A stretch of 64,000 nucleotides of DNA from Azolla caroliniana (GCA_043228905.1 JBHGNT010000003.1:18600001-18664000), one strand, 5' to 3'. Counted from the first letter of the stretch, positions 10,744 to 23,783 are shown. Made by a program: numbers and translations. Notes: a model not told the origin generated them from the letters alone.

Positions 10744-13700
10744 TGTGAACGATTACTTGCGGAAGCGTTAGAAAACAGAGAAAGCAGAGAAAGCAGAGAA
10801 TACACAGAGTACACGGGAGAGACAGAGAGAGCGGAACGTAAAAGCTATATTCAAAAACGATATATTCACTCTCTGTCTTTACAACTGTGCTCAGTAGCAC
10901 TATTTATACAAGTCCTCGTGGGAGTGACAGAAGTACCGCGTACTTCAATGCTCGCACGAGCATCTGACACTTACTACGAGACTATAACTGCCTAGTAGTC
11001 TAAACTAATACTAGGCTTCCGGTTACCTATTGGATCCGGCTAACCGGCTCCCTAGCTCACCGGCTTTGTTGGTTGCCGGCTTACCGATCCGTCTCGCTCA
11101 CCGGCTCAGGCTTATTCAGCCGATCCGGCTCCAGTTGACCTTGCCGCTCAACACTCCCCCTCAAGCTCAACTTGAGGTTGGATCCTAGTGTCAGCCTCTG
11201 TGGCAGTCGGTTCTCCCAATCGACTTCTCCTGGCGTCGCTCCACCTTGCTCGCGCTCCTTGTCCGGTCCGGTCCCGTTTGTTGCGACCCCTCTAGTTCTG
11301 CGCGCCTCAACTTTCTCGTTCGGCATGTCTCCTCAATAGGCCCCTCTCAGCTCCTTTGCTGCTATGACTCCAGCGCTTGCCAATCCGTCGGTTCCTCCGT
11401 GATGGCATCGACTCCCGCTGCATCCTTGTCTGCTTGGCCTTGAATTGATCTGATTCTTCTGAATCTGTCTGTTCAACCAAATCGACTATCTCCAATTTGT
11501 TCCAGCTCTTGTCCGAATCGGTTGCTCCCGATTCGTCTTCTGGTTCCAAGCCCTTCACCACATGGGACCATGTCCGGGTCTTGGCCTTCTTGTTGGGAGA
11601 CAGGTCCCTCCGGATGGGAAGGGAGAAACCGTATGACGAGTACCCGGCTACGGAGAGCCGGATGGTGCAGACCCGATGAGAACCGGATGAGGAGTACCCG
11701 GCTACGGAGAGCCGGATGGTGCAGACCCGGTGAGGAGTGCTCACCGGATGAAGAGACATATTCGTAAATATGTTTCAGAGAGTCCATCATGGCTATATTT
11801 GTAAATAGCCAAAAAGTCATATTAGTATAAATATGACTTAGGGCAAACTTTTAGTTGCGGTTGTTATCCTTGTTGGTGCAAGAAGAGAGAGAGTGCGTAA
11901 CCATGTACAGAGAGTGAGAGAGAGAGAGAACGAGGTCGTTACCTCTGTTGAAACCGCCGCCTGTGGCGAAGATTGTGAGCACGAGGTGGTTGCCTCCATG
12001 AACTCACTGTTGTACATTCTAACATAGTGATAGTTTGCAGCCTGTGGGCTGCCGTGGTTTTTTCCCTAGTTTGGGGTTTTCCACGTAAACATCTTGTGTA
12101 CCCTTCTCTTCTTTGTGTCGTGAATTTATTTCCCGTTTTTCTGTGTATGATTCTAAGCTCGATTGGCTGAGCGTTGCGTATACGGAGTGTGCAGTTCCTG
12201 TCACTTCTTCCTTCGGTAGGCTCTGTCCTTCTTGACTACGCCGTCGTCTGTTCTTCCCTCACTGACACAATTAGCAGTCTCTTTTCCTTTTCCTGTTCCA
12301 GGGTCCTTGGCCTTCTTCCTTCGGCCGGGTGCCCGTACAACGATTTCTTCAACCGGCATACCACCGACTTGTTCATCTCCGATTGAAAATCGGGAGGCTG
12401 AGTCATAAAGACTTCTTCTTCAAGATCACCTTGAAGTAATGCATTCTTCACATCCATCTAATGAAGATGCCACCCCCATGCCACAGCAACCGCCAGCACC
12501 ACACGAACCGTCGTCATCTTTGCTACCGGAGCGAAGGTCTCGTCGTAGTTAATTCCGTGGGTCTTCACGTATCCTTTCGCCACTAACCGGGCCTTGTGCC
12601 GGTTAACTGAAGCATCGGTGTTGTACTTTACCTTGTACACCCACTTGCATCCGATCGGTTTACAATGACGGGGAGGGTCAACTAGGTCCCATGTCTCGTT
12701 GACATCAAGTGCCTGCATTTCTTCCTCCATAGCGGCACGCCAATTTGCGTCCTTTGCCGCTTCTGCGTAGCTCTCCGGATCACGCACTTCCGCCACCTTA
12801 GTCATGTACGCATAGTGATGCGCCATGTACTCATTGTACCCGTACCGCTTGACAGGATCCTTCTGGCGGGTGGACCGACGTAACTCACCGTTACACGTTT
12901 TAAGGCCTTTCTTGGCCGGTTCGGTCTTCATTGCCGAAGATCCGCCTTTCTCCTTGACGGAGTCAGATGCACACCGATCCGACTCATTGTTGCTGGTTTC
13001 GAAGTTCGGCATCTTTTTCTTCCCTTTCTCTTTGCGCGTGAACCATCTCCTTGGTTCCTTGCGCGGGGAGTGCATGGCAGAGTCTCCACTACTCACCGGT
13101 TCCTCATCGGACTGGTCAGATTGACTCAGTCTCTCGTTCAGCCCACTCAACCGAAACGATTCCGGACTCTCATCCTGAGTCCACACTTCATCATCATCTA
13201 CCTAGGCCAGTTCAAGCTCACTAGCCTCATCGTCCGGCATCGGGTCGGATTCGGAAGTCGGGGCCAGTAAGGAGTACCACGATGCCGATTCATCGAACTC
13301 GACATCTCAACTAACTCGGACCTGCTTTGTTCGGGGGTTATAACACTTATAACCCTTTTTCTCTTGAGAATAGCCGATTAGGATGCATTTTTCCGATTTT
13401 GCATCCAGCTTCCTCCGCGCTTCTCATCCGGTACATGCACATATGCAATGCTGCCGAAGATCTTAAGGTGTCTTTAATTCGGCTTGCATCCGAAATACAG
13501 CTCGTGAGCTGACACCTTGTCACCGATCCGGTTCTGGATGTAGACAGTCGTTCAGACTGCCTCCACCTAGTACAATTTGGGCATGCTCTTCTCCTCCAAC
13601 ATTGCCCTTGCCGCATCAATAAGCGACCAGTTCTTCCTCTCGGCAACACCGTTCTGTTGCGGTGTGTATATACAGCTGAACTCTCGCAGAATTCCCTTTT

Positions 13701-16029
13701 GCTGCAGATAACTGTTGAATTGGCTGGAAAAGTATTCTTTTCCGCCATCCGATCGCAGGCATTTGATCTTCCTCTTCGATTCCCGTTCCACCATGCTTTG
13801 GAGACTCCGGAAACACTCGAAGACTTCACTCTTCTGATCAATGAGGTAGATCCATGTGTGCCGCGTATAGTCGTCGATGAAGGAGACAAAATATCGACTC
13901 CCGCCAAGACTAACATTCTGTGCCGGTCCCCACACATCCGAATGGATAAGGTCGAGCTTGTTACAGCTCCGGTTACGTTCAGTAGGGAATGGAAGCCGGT
14001 GTTGCTTCCCGAGTTGGCAAGCTTCACATACTTGGGCCTTCCGGCCGCTGAAATTCGGCAAACTGAAAACAACTTGTTTTTCTTGCAGGTCTTGAAGCCT
14101 CTGGTAATTGACGTGGCCTATCCGCTTGTGCCACAGGTCGATGTCTGATTTGACCTTCTGTCCTTTTGCAAACAGAGCGGTGCCGATGTCATTGGTGTCG
14201 AGGATAAACATCATCCCGTCTCTGCGCCCTTGCGCAATAATCTGGCCCTCTTCCTCGATGAAGCACCCGAGGTGCGTAAACCGCACCTGCATCCCTTGGT
14301 CGACGATCTGTTTGACCGACACCAGGTTCTTCGTGATTGTCGGAACGTGTAATACGTTCATCAGCTTCCCCTTCTGGCCGACGTGGCTCAAAGGGACTTC
14401 TCCGACGTACACAATTAGGTGAGGAGTGTCGTCTCCAATTTCGACTACTCCTGGTTGATTCGGTTTCTCCAAAAAGGAGAACCACTCTTTGTGGTTCGAC
14501 ACACCGGAATCAACATACCACACTTCCTCCGATTTGGAAGTGGTCTTCTTCATCGAGTTCGCCTCGTGCTTCATCACCAAGGTTGGCTCGTTACCATTCT
14601 TGGATCCTCCCGATCCCTTCGCGTTGTGCGAGCTTTGTCGGCCATCCTTGCCGGCCTTGCCGGATCCGGATTTGTTCGAATCGGCGCGTTCTCTCCAGCA
14701 CTCGCGCTCTCTATGGCCCTTTTTGCCACAGTACCAGCATTCCGTTGCAGTCTTCTCTTGCCGTCTTCCGGTGCCGCCATGACTCCCCCTGCTACCGGAG
14801 GGTTCAGAACTGCTGTCGGCATGTTCTCTGTGCCTTTGTTCCTGGTCTTGCCGGCCGCCTCCATTGCGTGCCGACCCACCTCGTCCACCACGCCCACGGG
14901 ACCGATCTGCTTCCGTGTACAGCATCCGGCTATCAATGGGTGCGCTAGTTGACGCACCAACGTGGTTCTCCTCTACAAGGAGCATCGATTGTAAGTCGAA
15001 AAATGACAGCGTATTCTCCCTTGTACATACCTCCGTTCGGAATGCTCTGAACTTAGACACCAGGCCCCCAAGACAGACCTGTACCATCTCATCTTCCTCT
15101 ACGGTAACGTTGATAGAGGCAAGCGAGTCACAGATCTCTTTGATCCGGGCTGTGTAATCCGCCACCGACATGTCCTTCTGTCAGACATTGCTTAACTCCT
15201 ATCGGAGTTGCAACTTTCGAGCTTTAGTGCTCGCAGCGAAAACCTTCTTCAGGTTTCCCCAACCTCCTTCGACGTCTTGGCGTCTCGGATGTGGCTCAAT
15301 AGTTGGTCTCCGACACTGGATGCGAAGCAATACATCACTCTGCTTGTTGATTGTTCCCACACTAGGAAATCCTTATGTACCGCATCAGGTGTTGTTTCGT
15401 TGGCTCCTTCGACGAAACTCCAGTAGCCATGCCCAAGCAGGTACTGGTGCATCTTGTACGACCAAGATGCGTAGTTGGATCTGTTGAGTTTCTCCATAGG
15501 GAGCGAGCTAGCCATCCCTCTATCCATCACTTCTCTGTCTACTGTTCTTACGACTTGTTAGGGTTTGCTTTCAAGCGTTTGTCGGTTGCAGAGGTTCTCA
15601 ACCCTCGCGCTTTGATACCATGTGAACGATTACTTGCGGAAGCGTTAGAAAACAGAGAAAGCAGAGAATACACAGAGTACACGGGAGAGACCGAGAGAGC
15701 GGAACGTAAAAGCTATATTCAAAAACGATATATTCACTCCCCGTCTTTACAATTGTGCTCAGTAGCACTATTTATACAAGTCCTCGTGGGAGTGACAGAA
15801 GTACCGCGTACTTCAATGCTCGCACGAGCATCTGACACTTACTACGAGACTATAACTGCCTAGTAGTCTAAACTAATACTAGGCTTCCGGTTACCTATTG
15901 GATCCGGCTAACCGGCTAACCGGCTCCCCAGCTCACCGGCTTTGTTGCTTGCCGGCTTACTGATCCGTCTCGCTCACCGGCTCAGGCTTATTCAGCCGAT
16001 CCGGCTCCAGTTGAGCATGCCGCTCAACA
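10744..16029 (-). mobile_element. Copia family B element B1 (gag-PR-INT-partial RT; RT C-terminus and RNase H deleted)
   Basis: LTRs 10744-11153 and 15621-16029; TSD GAACG (10739-10743, 16030-16034); PBS TGGTATCAAAGC 15609-15620; gag KLNRSNYASW, knuckle CWYCGKKGHREREC, WYVDSG, integrase RSDGGKEY (13567-15171), RT 12236-13186; deletion at ~12330 after KKSLYG. Confidence 0.93.
11591..12203 (+). repeat. Family A1 LTR flanked by TSD CTTCT (solo-like, third copy)
   Basis: TGTTGGGAGA...CCTGTCA; CTTCT at 11586-11590 and 12204-12208; carries an extra ~51-bp internal duplication. Confidence 0.93.
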
Positions 16030-16438
16030 GAACGAATAGCGAGCAACGAGTGAGGAAGCCTCACCCTACTCCCTCCCCGTGCATGCTTCCCTCGCTTCCC
16101 TTTGCATATTGTTCTCGGCCAGAAATTTAGGGTTTCAGCTGAAAACCCTAATCTCTATCATAGTCCTAATTTTGACAATATTTCTTTCTTTTGAGCCCGC
16201 GTCCATGACTCCCTCTCATGCTCTATTCTAATCCTACATCCTGTTCTCAGCTCCAAACTCAGGCTTTCACTAAAACTCTAAGTTTAGCTAAGTTTAGTAG
16301 AAGCCTAATAAATTAACTAATATTTTTCAATTAATTAATTATTATTTTAATGAATTAAGATATGTATACAATATTAGTAAATTAATTAATGTATTAGTGA
16401 GTCAATTAATGTTTAAGTGAATTAATTAATTATGCTAT

Positions 16439-19400
16439 TGTGGTGTCCCTTGGATGCAAGTGCATGCCTTCATGTTGGGTGTGCATGTGTTCCTTTGTGC
16501 CCCTTTTAGCATACCCTTGTTTAGCATGCATGCCTTCATGCTATGGTGTACATGTGTTCCGTTGAGCCACCCTTTTAGCATACCCTTGTTAGGATGCATG
16601 TAGCTAAGTAAAGCCAACCCAAATGGGTACCTTTGTACGACTATAAATTGAATAAGAAGTAAGAAGCTAAGCAAGCTTGTTTGGATTCCATTTATGTGCA
16701 TTTCACATAATTGGTGGAGAAGCGGAGTAAAATTTTAGCCACTCTCACCTCGTTCATGGCGTCCCAATTCCCTCCCGTCGTCGTCGAAGTCGATACCCCT
16801 ATGCAATCTGAGTTCCTGCAACCTCCTGAGCGGCCACCCCCGTTCCAAATGGAGCAACTCCTGCAAGTCCTCTCCAACGACATGCTTCAAATCAGCCACA
16901 CGAACCAAGCTATGCTCTCCTTCCTCTCCGCTACCAACAATCGGTCTCCAAATCGGCCAGATTCCAAGGTTCTCCCTTTGAGGACGTCTTAGCATGGTTG
17001 GATCACTTTGAGATGATCTTAAGTTATCACAAATGGTCTGACGAGCGCAAGGCTTTGGAAGTTCGCACCTTGCTCGAAAATGTCGCCGCCACTTGGTACG
17101 TACAACAAGCCAGCGAAGTGACGGAGAACTGGGTGATCCTCCGAGATCTCCTCGTGCAAAACTTTGCCCATCAAAATTCGGCCCAGACGGCATTGCAATA
17201 ACTCGAGACGTTGCAATAGCAAGCGCACGAACCAGTAGGCCAATTTGGTGTTCGCCTAAATCACCTCCTTGTCTATGCCGATCCAACCATGCCCGAGCAT
17301 GTCAAGCTTTTCTTCTTATGGCCCCGTCTACGCCCTGACATCACTCGTCGTGCCCGGGACCAAGGTCCCAAGACCTTCAACGATGTGATCCTCATTGCCC
17401 AACGCATCGAATCTTGTACGCTATCTGACTCCCAACCACGATGGCCCCCTCCACCATCGACCGACTTGCGCGTGCAGTACCAAGGAGCGACCCCCATGGA
17501 CATTGACGTCCAAAATGTGCAGATGCAGACTCGCCGAAACCTTCGTAATCGGGATGCCCAAGGACGCCCGAAGTGTTTCTACTACCACAATTATGGACAC
17601 GTCTGACGTTATTGCCGAAAATTGCAACAACAATCTCACAAGCAGCAAGCCCAGATAAGCATGGCTGACGCAACATCGTGGGCTGAGCTTTCGGGAAACT
17701 AACTTCCGGGGTACTGATGGAAGAACCAACCCCCCACATCCAAGCGTCCGCCTCTTCTAGTTCACAGGTATGCACCGCTCTCACCACCATTAATCACTCC
17801 ACACACACCATCCTATTAGACTCTAGTAGTAGTATCTCTTCAATTAACACCGCCTTAGTTCACCAATTAGGCCTCCCCACAGCCACCGCTCCTTCCATCC
17901 AAGTCCTTTTTGGTGATCACCAACATCTATACCACTCTCGCACGCAAGCCCACTGCACCGTTACCTTAGGCACTCTCAGATTCTCACACCACTTTTATGT
18001 CTTGCCCCACCAACTCTTCCCCCTCACCTTAGGTTGCGATTGGTTCCTCAAGTGTCGCGCTATGATTGATTTCGATGCTCACAAACTGATTGTCCCACAA
18101 GCTCCCCCTATCCCCCTCCTACACGATAGCCCCCATGTCCCCCACCTTAGCCAAGTCCAGGTGGCCCTCAGTCCCAAGGAGCGTTTAATCTCCGTCCGCC
18201 AATTGTTAGCTCGTTTTCCGTCACTAGCCCCCCAATCCACGCATGCCGCTACTGTCTCTTTCTCGGTACAACATGTCATTCGTACCGGGGACACCGCTCC
18301 CATCTACATGGCTACACGCCGACGTTCCCCCCTCGACCATGATCACATCGATGCTACCGTCACCGATATTCTCACCAAAGGTATTATCATTCCTTCCACC
18401 AGCGATTGGGTTTCGGAACCCCACCTAGTCAAGAAGGATGATGGCACCTTCCGCTTCTGCATCGACTTTAGGCCTCTCAACAAAGTGAAGATCCATGACC
18501 TCTACCCACTCCCTCGCATGGATGACCTCTTGGACCAACTCAAGGGCTCCCATTATTTCACCTCCCTTGACTTAGCCTCGGGACATTGGCAGATTCCCTT
18601 AAAGCCGTCCAATGCCCACAAGACGGCATTCCGCACACGACGCGGGCTGTTCCAATTCACCCGCATGCCGTTTGGCCTGTTTGATGCCGGCAGCACATTC
18701 CAACGCATGGCAAACTCCATCTTTGCCGGCCTTATCAGTAAAGGCGTCCTCCTCGTTTATCTTGATGACATCCTTATCCACACTTCCACTTGGGAGGATC
18801 ATCTACAAACTCTCGCGGAAGTCCTCGCTTGCATAACTAAGCATAACTAGCAACTCCAATGGAAGAAGTGTCGATGGGGAAGCACTAGCCTCCGTTTTCT
18901 CGGGTTCATCATCTCAAGCGATGGAATCCGTATGGACCTTGCAAAGGTAGTTGCCATCACCGACCACCCCTGCCCCACCTCAATAAAAACATTGCAACGT
19001 TTTTTGGGCATGATCACCTTTTCCCTTCGCTTCATCCTGAACCTCACCTCGATCACTTTCCCCCTTCGTCATCTCCTAAAGAAAGGCGTGTCATTCGTTT
19101 GGGATCCTGCTTGCGAAGACAGCTTTCGTCGCCTCAAAACAATGGTCCAGGAATCAGGGTTGCTCGCCCATCCTAACTTTGACCAACCGTTTACATTGAA
19201 GACAGATGCCTCTAACCATTGGTTAGGAGCTGTCCTCCTGCAAACCGATTGCCACAGGCAAGAGAATACGGTCACCTTCATTAGCAGAACTCTCACGCCG
19301 ACTGAATGGAACTAATCAACCATTGAGAAGGAATTACTTGCAATCGTCTGGTTTTTCCAGCGGCTTCACCCATACCTTCATGGCGGGCAGGTTACGGTTG

Positions 19401-21987
19401 AGACTAACCACCAGCCCTTACTTTCTCTTATTCATCGACCTCACCCCCTGGGCCGCTTGTTGCGATGGACGTTGGGTGTAACCAATTTGGTTGTTGATAG
19501 TTTCTCTCGCGTTGATTTCCAAGTTGTCCAATTTCTACCCATAACGTCTGACCTTCCACTTCCACTACCACAACTCGCTACACTTCAGCAACACGACCCC
19601 GCCATCCGAGAGATAACCCATTAGTTGCGCTCCCTCCAACCATTTCCCTCACAACAACGGTTCATGCTCCGCGATAACTTGGTGTTCTTCATTCAGGTGC
19701 ATCACGAGCCACATCTCTACATTCCTCATGCCCTACAACAGACGTATCTCCAATTTAATCACGATCACCCATTCTCGGGTCATCTGGGTTTCCACAAGGT
19801 TTTTGAAAAATTACGTCTCAAGTATTATTGGCCCAACATGTGACACTCTATCTCTACCTACATCAACCAATGTGCTTTGTGTCAACACATCAAACCCGCG
19901 AGCAAGCCCGCCGAAACGCTCCAACCCATCACCATCACATCGCCTTTTGAGCTTGTCAGATGGGATTTCATGGGACCTTTTCCCGAAACCCCCAGTGGCA
20001 ACAAGTATATCCTGGTCATAACAGAATACCTCACTAGATGGGCTGAAATTGTTGTCATCCCTGACGTCACTGCGCCAACTTTTACACAAGGTAATTTTTC
20101 AGCATGGTTTCCTGGTCCAACTCTTATCTGATCAGGGCCACCAATTCCATGGGGACGTCCTCAATGCGGTTGCAACTCAACTAGATGTCCAGCAAGTGTT
20201 TACATCCCCGTACCATCCGCAAAAAAACGGCCTCACCGAATGCCTCAACAAGACCCTCAAGCAGGAGATTGTCGCTTACATCAATCCATGTCACAAAACC
20301 TAGGATCAAATCTTGCCTTTCGTCACCCACGCCTACAATACATCCGTTCAGGCATAAACACGGATCAGCCCTTTTCGAGCACTCTATGGGTGTGACCCTC
20401 GGCTCCCACCAGAATCATCCATTGACGTCCATTCCAAACCTACCAATATGGACGGTGCCAATTGGGGTCTCTATCTCCAACAACTGCTACCTCTCCTTCG
20501 ACAAGCAAGCTCTCGAAACCTACAAGTCGCACAACAACGCCAAAAGCGACACTACGATGTGGGTTGAATTACCCCGACTTATGATGATGGAACCAAAGTC
20601 CTTGTTTACTTCCCGGTCTGGCGTCACGGTGTCGTGAAGAATTTCGGCCAGAGGCGGAAACCGGGAAATATTGGCTACATCGGCGGGGTGCAGCATGCGC
20701 GCTCACCCTTGTACATTTAGTGTGAATAACGAGGGCGCCTTTATGGCGCCGAAGAGTAGTCAAGTCGGGACAGAGCATCCCATGTAAGTCGGGATTTATC
20801 CCACATTGTAACGCATCTCCCTCCTTGTTCTATAAAAGGAAGGGAGCGCCTCTTGTGAAGGGGTTGCCCATTTTGAGTCTTAAGGGTATACCGTTTTGTG
20901 TTTCTTTCTAGGGTTAGCTACATTCTTTCTTTTCTTCGTTTCTTTTCTGCTCCTTCTCGAGGAGTCAAGCAGTAGCTATGACGGCAAGCTGTTAGGTAAG
21001 TTTCTCTTCTTCTGTGCATAGCCGGCTCGCGGCCGGGGTTGTACCTCTCCCTGTTGTAGGTTGCTTCTACTCAGCCTCCTGTGCAAGACCCCGCTCGGCG
21101 CGACGAGCCCGAGAGCTCCCCGACGGTGCCTTGGCGGCAGACTGCTGTTGCGACCTAGCCCACCTTAGTCCGGCTTGGAGTCGGATTTGTAACTCACTCT
21201 TGTAATCATATATATATACAGGGTTGTGCATATTTGTGTCTCTGTCGGTGTCGGGTGCTTTCCCTTCCCTGTGTTTCCTGTACATAAGAGGTGTGTGTTG
21301 TGTCGGTGTTGCGCACGGGTTCTCTCTCTCTCTTCCTCTCTTGCGTTTGGTAGCCACCGGTACGCGTCCGGAATCGCTCCGGTTCGCGCCACAACCAGTG
21401 TAGCCGGGACCGGAGAGAAGTCTGCTTCCTACACTCCCGTCACTCCCTCGTCCGAGACCCCCGTGGTCCCGCCCTTCTACACGCACGGCGAAACTTCGCG
21501 ACAGCAGTCTCAACGAATCACTCATGCACCGATGGATCAGCCCATTCACCGTGGTTCATGCAATCAAATCCACGACTTACTTGCTCCGACGCGATTCCAA
21601 TGGTCGATTCACCTCCACCCATGTTGCCCGCATCAAGCCCTATGCTACCCCAATCCCATCTTCTAGTGCTCGTCCTTTCCCCATGTCGTAAAACTCATTG
21701 TTTCTCTCAGGGGGGAAATGTGGTGTCCCTTGGATGTAAGTGCATGCCTTCATGTTGGGTGTGCATATGTTCCTTTGTGCCCCTTTTAGCATACCCTTGT
21801 TTAGCATGCATGCCTTCATGCTATGGTGTACATGTGTTCCGTTGAGCCACCCTTTTAGCATACCCTTGTTAGGACGCATGTAGCTAAGTAAAGCCGACCC
21901 AAATCGGTACCTTTGTACGACTATAAATTGAATAGGAAGTAAGAAGCTAAGCAAGCTGGTTTGGATTCCATTTATGTGCATTTCACA
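16439..21987 (+). mobile_element. Ty3/gypsy element E1, full-length but stop-riddled (gag-PR-RT-RH-INT)
   Basis: 269-bp LTRs 16439-16707 and 21719-21987 (7 substitutions counted by eye); PBS TGGTGGAGAAGCGG 16712; knuckle CFYYHNYGHV*RYC; PR LLDSSS; RT FRFCIDFRPLN, LDLASGHWQI, YLDD; RH KTDAS; INT WDFMGPF; PPT AGGGGGGAAA; flanks CTAT/ATAT. Confidence 0.93.
20631..21503 (+). mobile_element. Solo LTR (873 bp) of an unrelated family inserted in the E1 integrase C-terminus
   Basis: Starts TGTCGTGAAG and ends CTTCGCGACA (inverted termini, 9/10); TATA-like CTATAAAAGG ~20830; removing it restores the integrase tail R(R)GLNESLMHRW; flanks ACGG/GCAG. Confidence 0.75.
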
Positions 21988-22035
21988 ATATTAGTGAATC
22001 AATTAATGTTTAAGTGAATTAATTAATTATGATAT

Positions 22036-23536
22036 TGTGGTGTGCATGTGTTCCTTTGTGCTAGCCTTTTAGCTCACCCTTTTTAGGATGCACGTACCCA
22101 CGTTGACCAACCCTTTTAGCACACCCTGTTTAGCCAAGCCAACCCAAATGGGTTCCGTTGTATCAACTATAAATTGATTAAGAAGTAAGAAGCTAAGTAG
22201 GCTGGTTTTGATCTCTTATGTGCATTTCACATATTGGTGGAGATGACGGGTACCAGCCCCCACATCCAAGCATCCACCTTTTCCACTTCGTAGGTAGCAT
22301 CGCCCTCGCCACCATCACTGACACTCTTGTTAGTCTCTTGTAGTAGTATCTCTTCCATTAGCACCGCCTTAGTTCACTAGTTAGGCCTCCCGACATCCAT
22401 CGCTTCCTCCATCCAAGTCTTTTTTTGCAATCGCCATCTATACCTCTCTAGCACGCAAGCCCACTACACCTTCACCTTAGACACTCTCACTTTCTCACAC
22501 CACTTTTATATCTTGCCCCACCAACTCTTCCCCCTCACCTTAGGTTGCCCACTAACTTCTTGTCCCATGAGTTTCTCTGATCCCCCTCCTACACGATAGC
22601 CTTCCTGTCCCCCACCTCAGCTAAGTCCAGGTGGCCCTTAGTCCACAAGAGTGATTGATCTTTCTTTGCAAAATGATCTTTTCCCCGATCCCCCTTTGAC
22701 ACAATAGCCCTCTTGTCCCCCACCTCAGCCAAGTCCAGGTGGCCCTCAGTCCAAAGGAGCGATTGATCTTCGCCGCCATATGATCTTTCCTCGATCCCCC
22801 TCTGACATGATAGCCCTCCTGACCCCCACCTCAGCAAAGTCCAGGTGGCCCTCAGTCCATAGGAGTGATTGATCTCTATTCGCCGATTGATAGCTCGTTT
22901 TCCGTCACTAGCCCTGTCCAACTATCAAGGCCAACAGTTCCACGGGGATGTCCTCAACGTCGTTGCAACTCAACTATGTGTCCGTAGATGTTTACATCCC
23001 CACGCCATCTTCACCGAACACCTCAACAAGACCCTCAAACACGAGATGGCTGCATAAATCAACCCTTTTCGAGCACTCTATGGGCGTAACCCTCGCCTCG
23101 CACTAGAATCATCCACGGATTTCCATTTGAAACCTGCCATCAGATGCTCCCCCTCCTTCGACAAGCCATTGTTCTTGTTCTTGTTCTTGTTCTTGTTCTT
23201 GTTCTTGTTCTTGTTCTTGTTCTTGTTCTTGTTCATGTACCTGTCATGTTCTTGTTGATGCCCCCCAATCTCTTGTTTCTCGCAGGGGGGAAATGCGGTG
23301 TGTATGTGTTCCTTTGTGCCACCCTTTTAGCTCACCCTTTTTAGGATGCACGTACCCAAGTTGACCCACCCTTTTAGCACACCCTTTTTAGGATGCGTGT
23401 GCCCAAAATGACCCACCCTTTTAGCACACCCTTTTTAGCCAAGCCAACCCAAATGGGTTCCGTTGTATCAACTATAAATTGATTAAGAAGTAAGAAGCTA
23501 AGTAGGCTGGTTTTGATCTCTTATGTGCATTTCACA
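22036..23536 (+). mobile_element. Non-autonomous gypsy derivative E2 (1.5 kb), related to E1
   Basis: LTRs 22036-22231 and 23294-23536; PBS TGGTGGAGATG 22235; protease and integrase remnants homologous to E1; triplicated linker 22590-22870; PPT AGGGGGGAAA; perfect TSD ATAT (22032-22035, 23537-23540). Confidence 0.9.
23169..23234. repeat. (TTGTTC)n microsatellite
   Basis: About 11 perfect hexamer units, which produce the spurious VLVLVL ORF. Confidence 0.95.
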
Positions 23537-23783
23537 ATATTGGTGAATCAATTAATGTTTAAGTGAATTAATTAATTATGATATTAGCGAATCATTTAAT
23601 GTTTTAAGTGAATTAATTAATTATGATATTAGTGAATCAATTAATGTTTAAGTGAATTAATTAATTATGATATTAGCGAATCATTTAATGTTTTAAGTGA
23701 ATTAATTAATTATGATATTAGTGAATCAATTAATGTTTAAGTGAATTAATTAATTATGATATTAGTGAATCAATTAATGTTTG
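23537..23783. repeat. 44/45-bp AT-rich minisatellite (further units at ~16370-16438 and 21988-22035)
   Basis: Unit ATATTAGTGAATCAATTAATGTTTAAGTGAATTAATTAATTATG; alternating variants A-B-A-B-A-A'. Confidence 0.95.

Noticed and set aside
9839-12203. Novel mobile chimeric LTR element
   Set aside because: No PPT precedes the right LTR and it has no TSD of its own; better explained by DNA-level duplication unless copies are found elsewhere.
13347-15863. Many overlapping antisense/alternate-frame ORFs (also at 41913-43462 and 55013-57447)
   Set aside because: These are shadows of GC-rich retroelement or gene coding sequence with no independent motifs.
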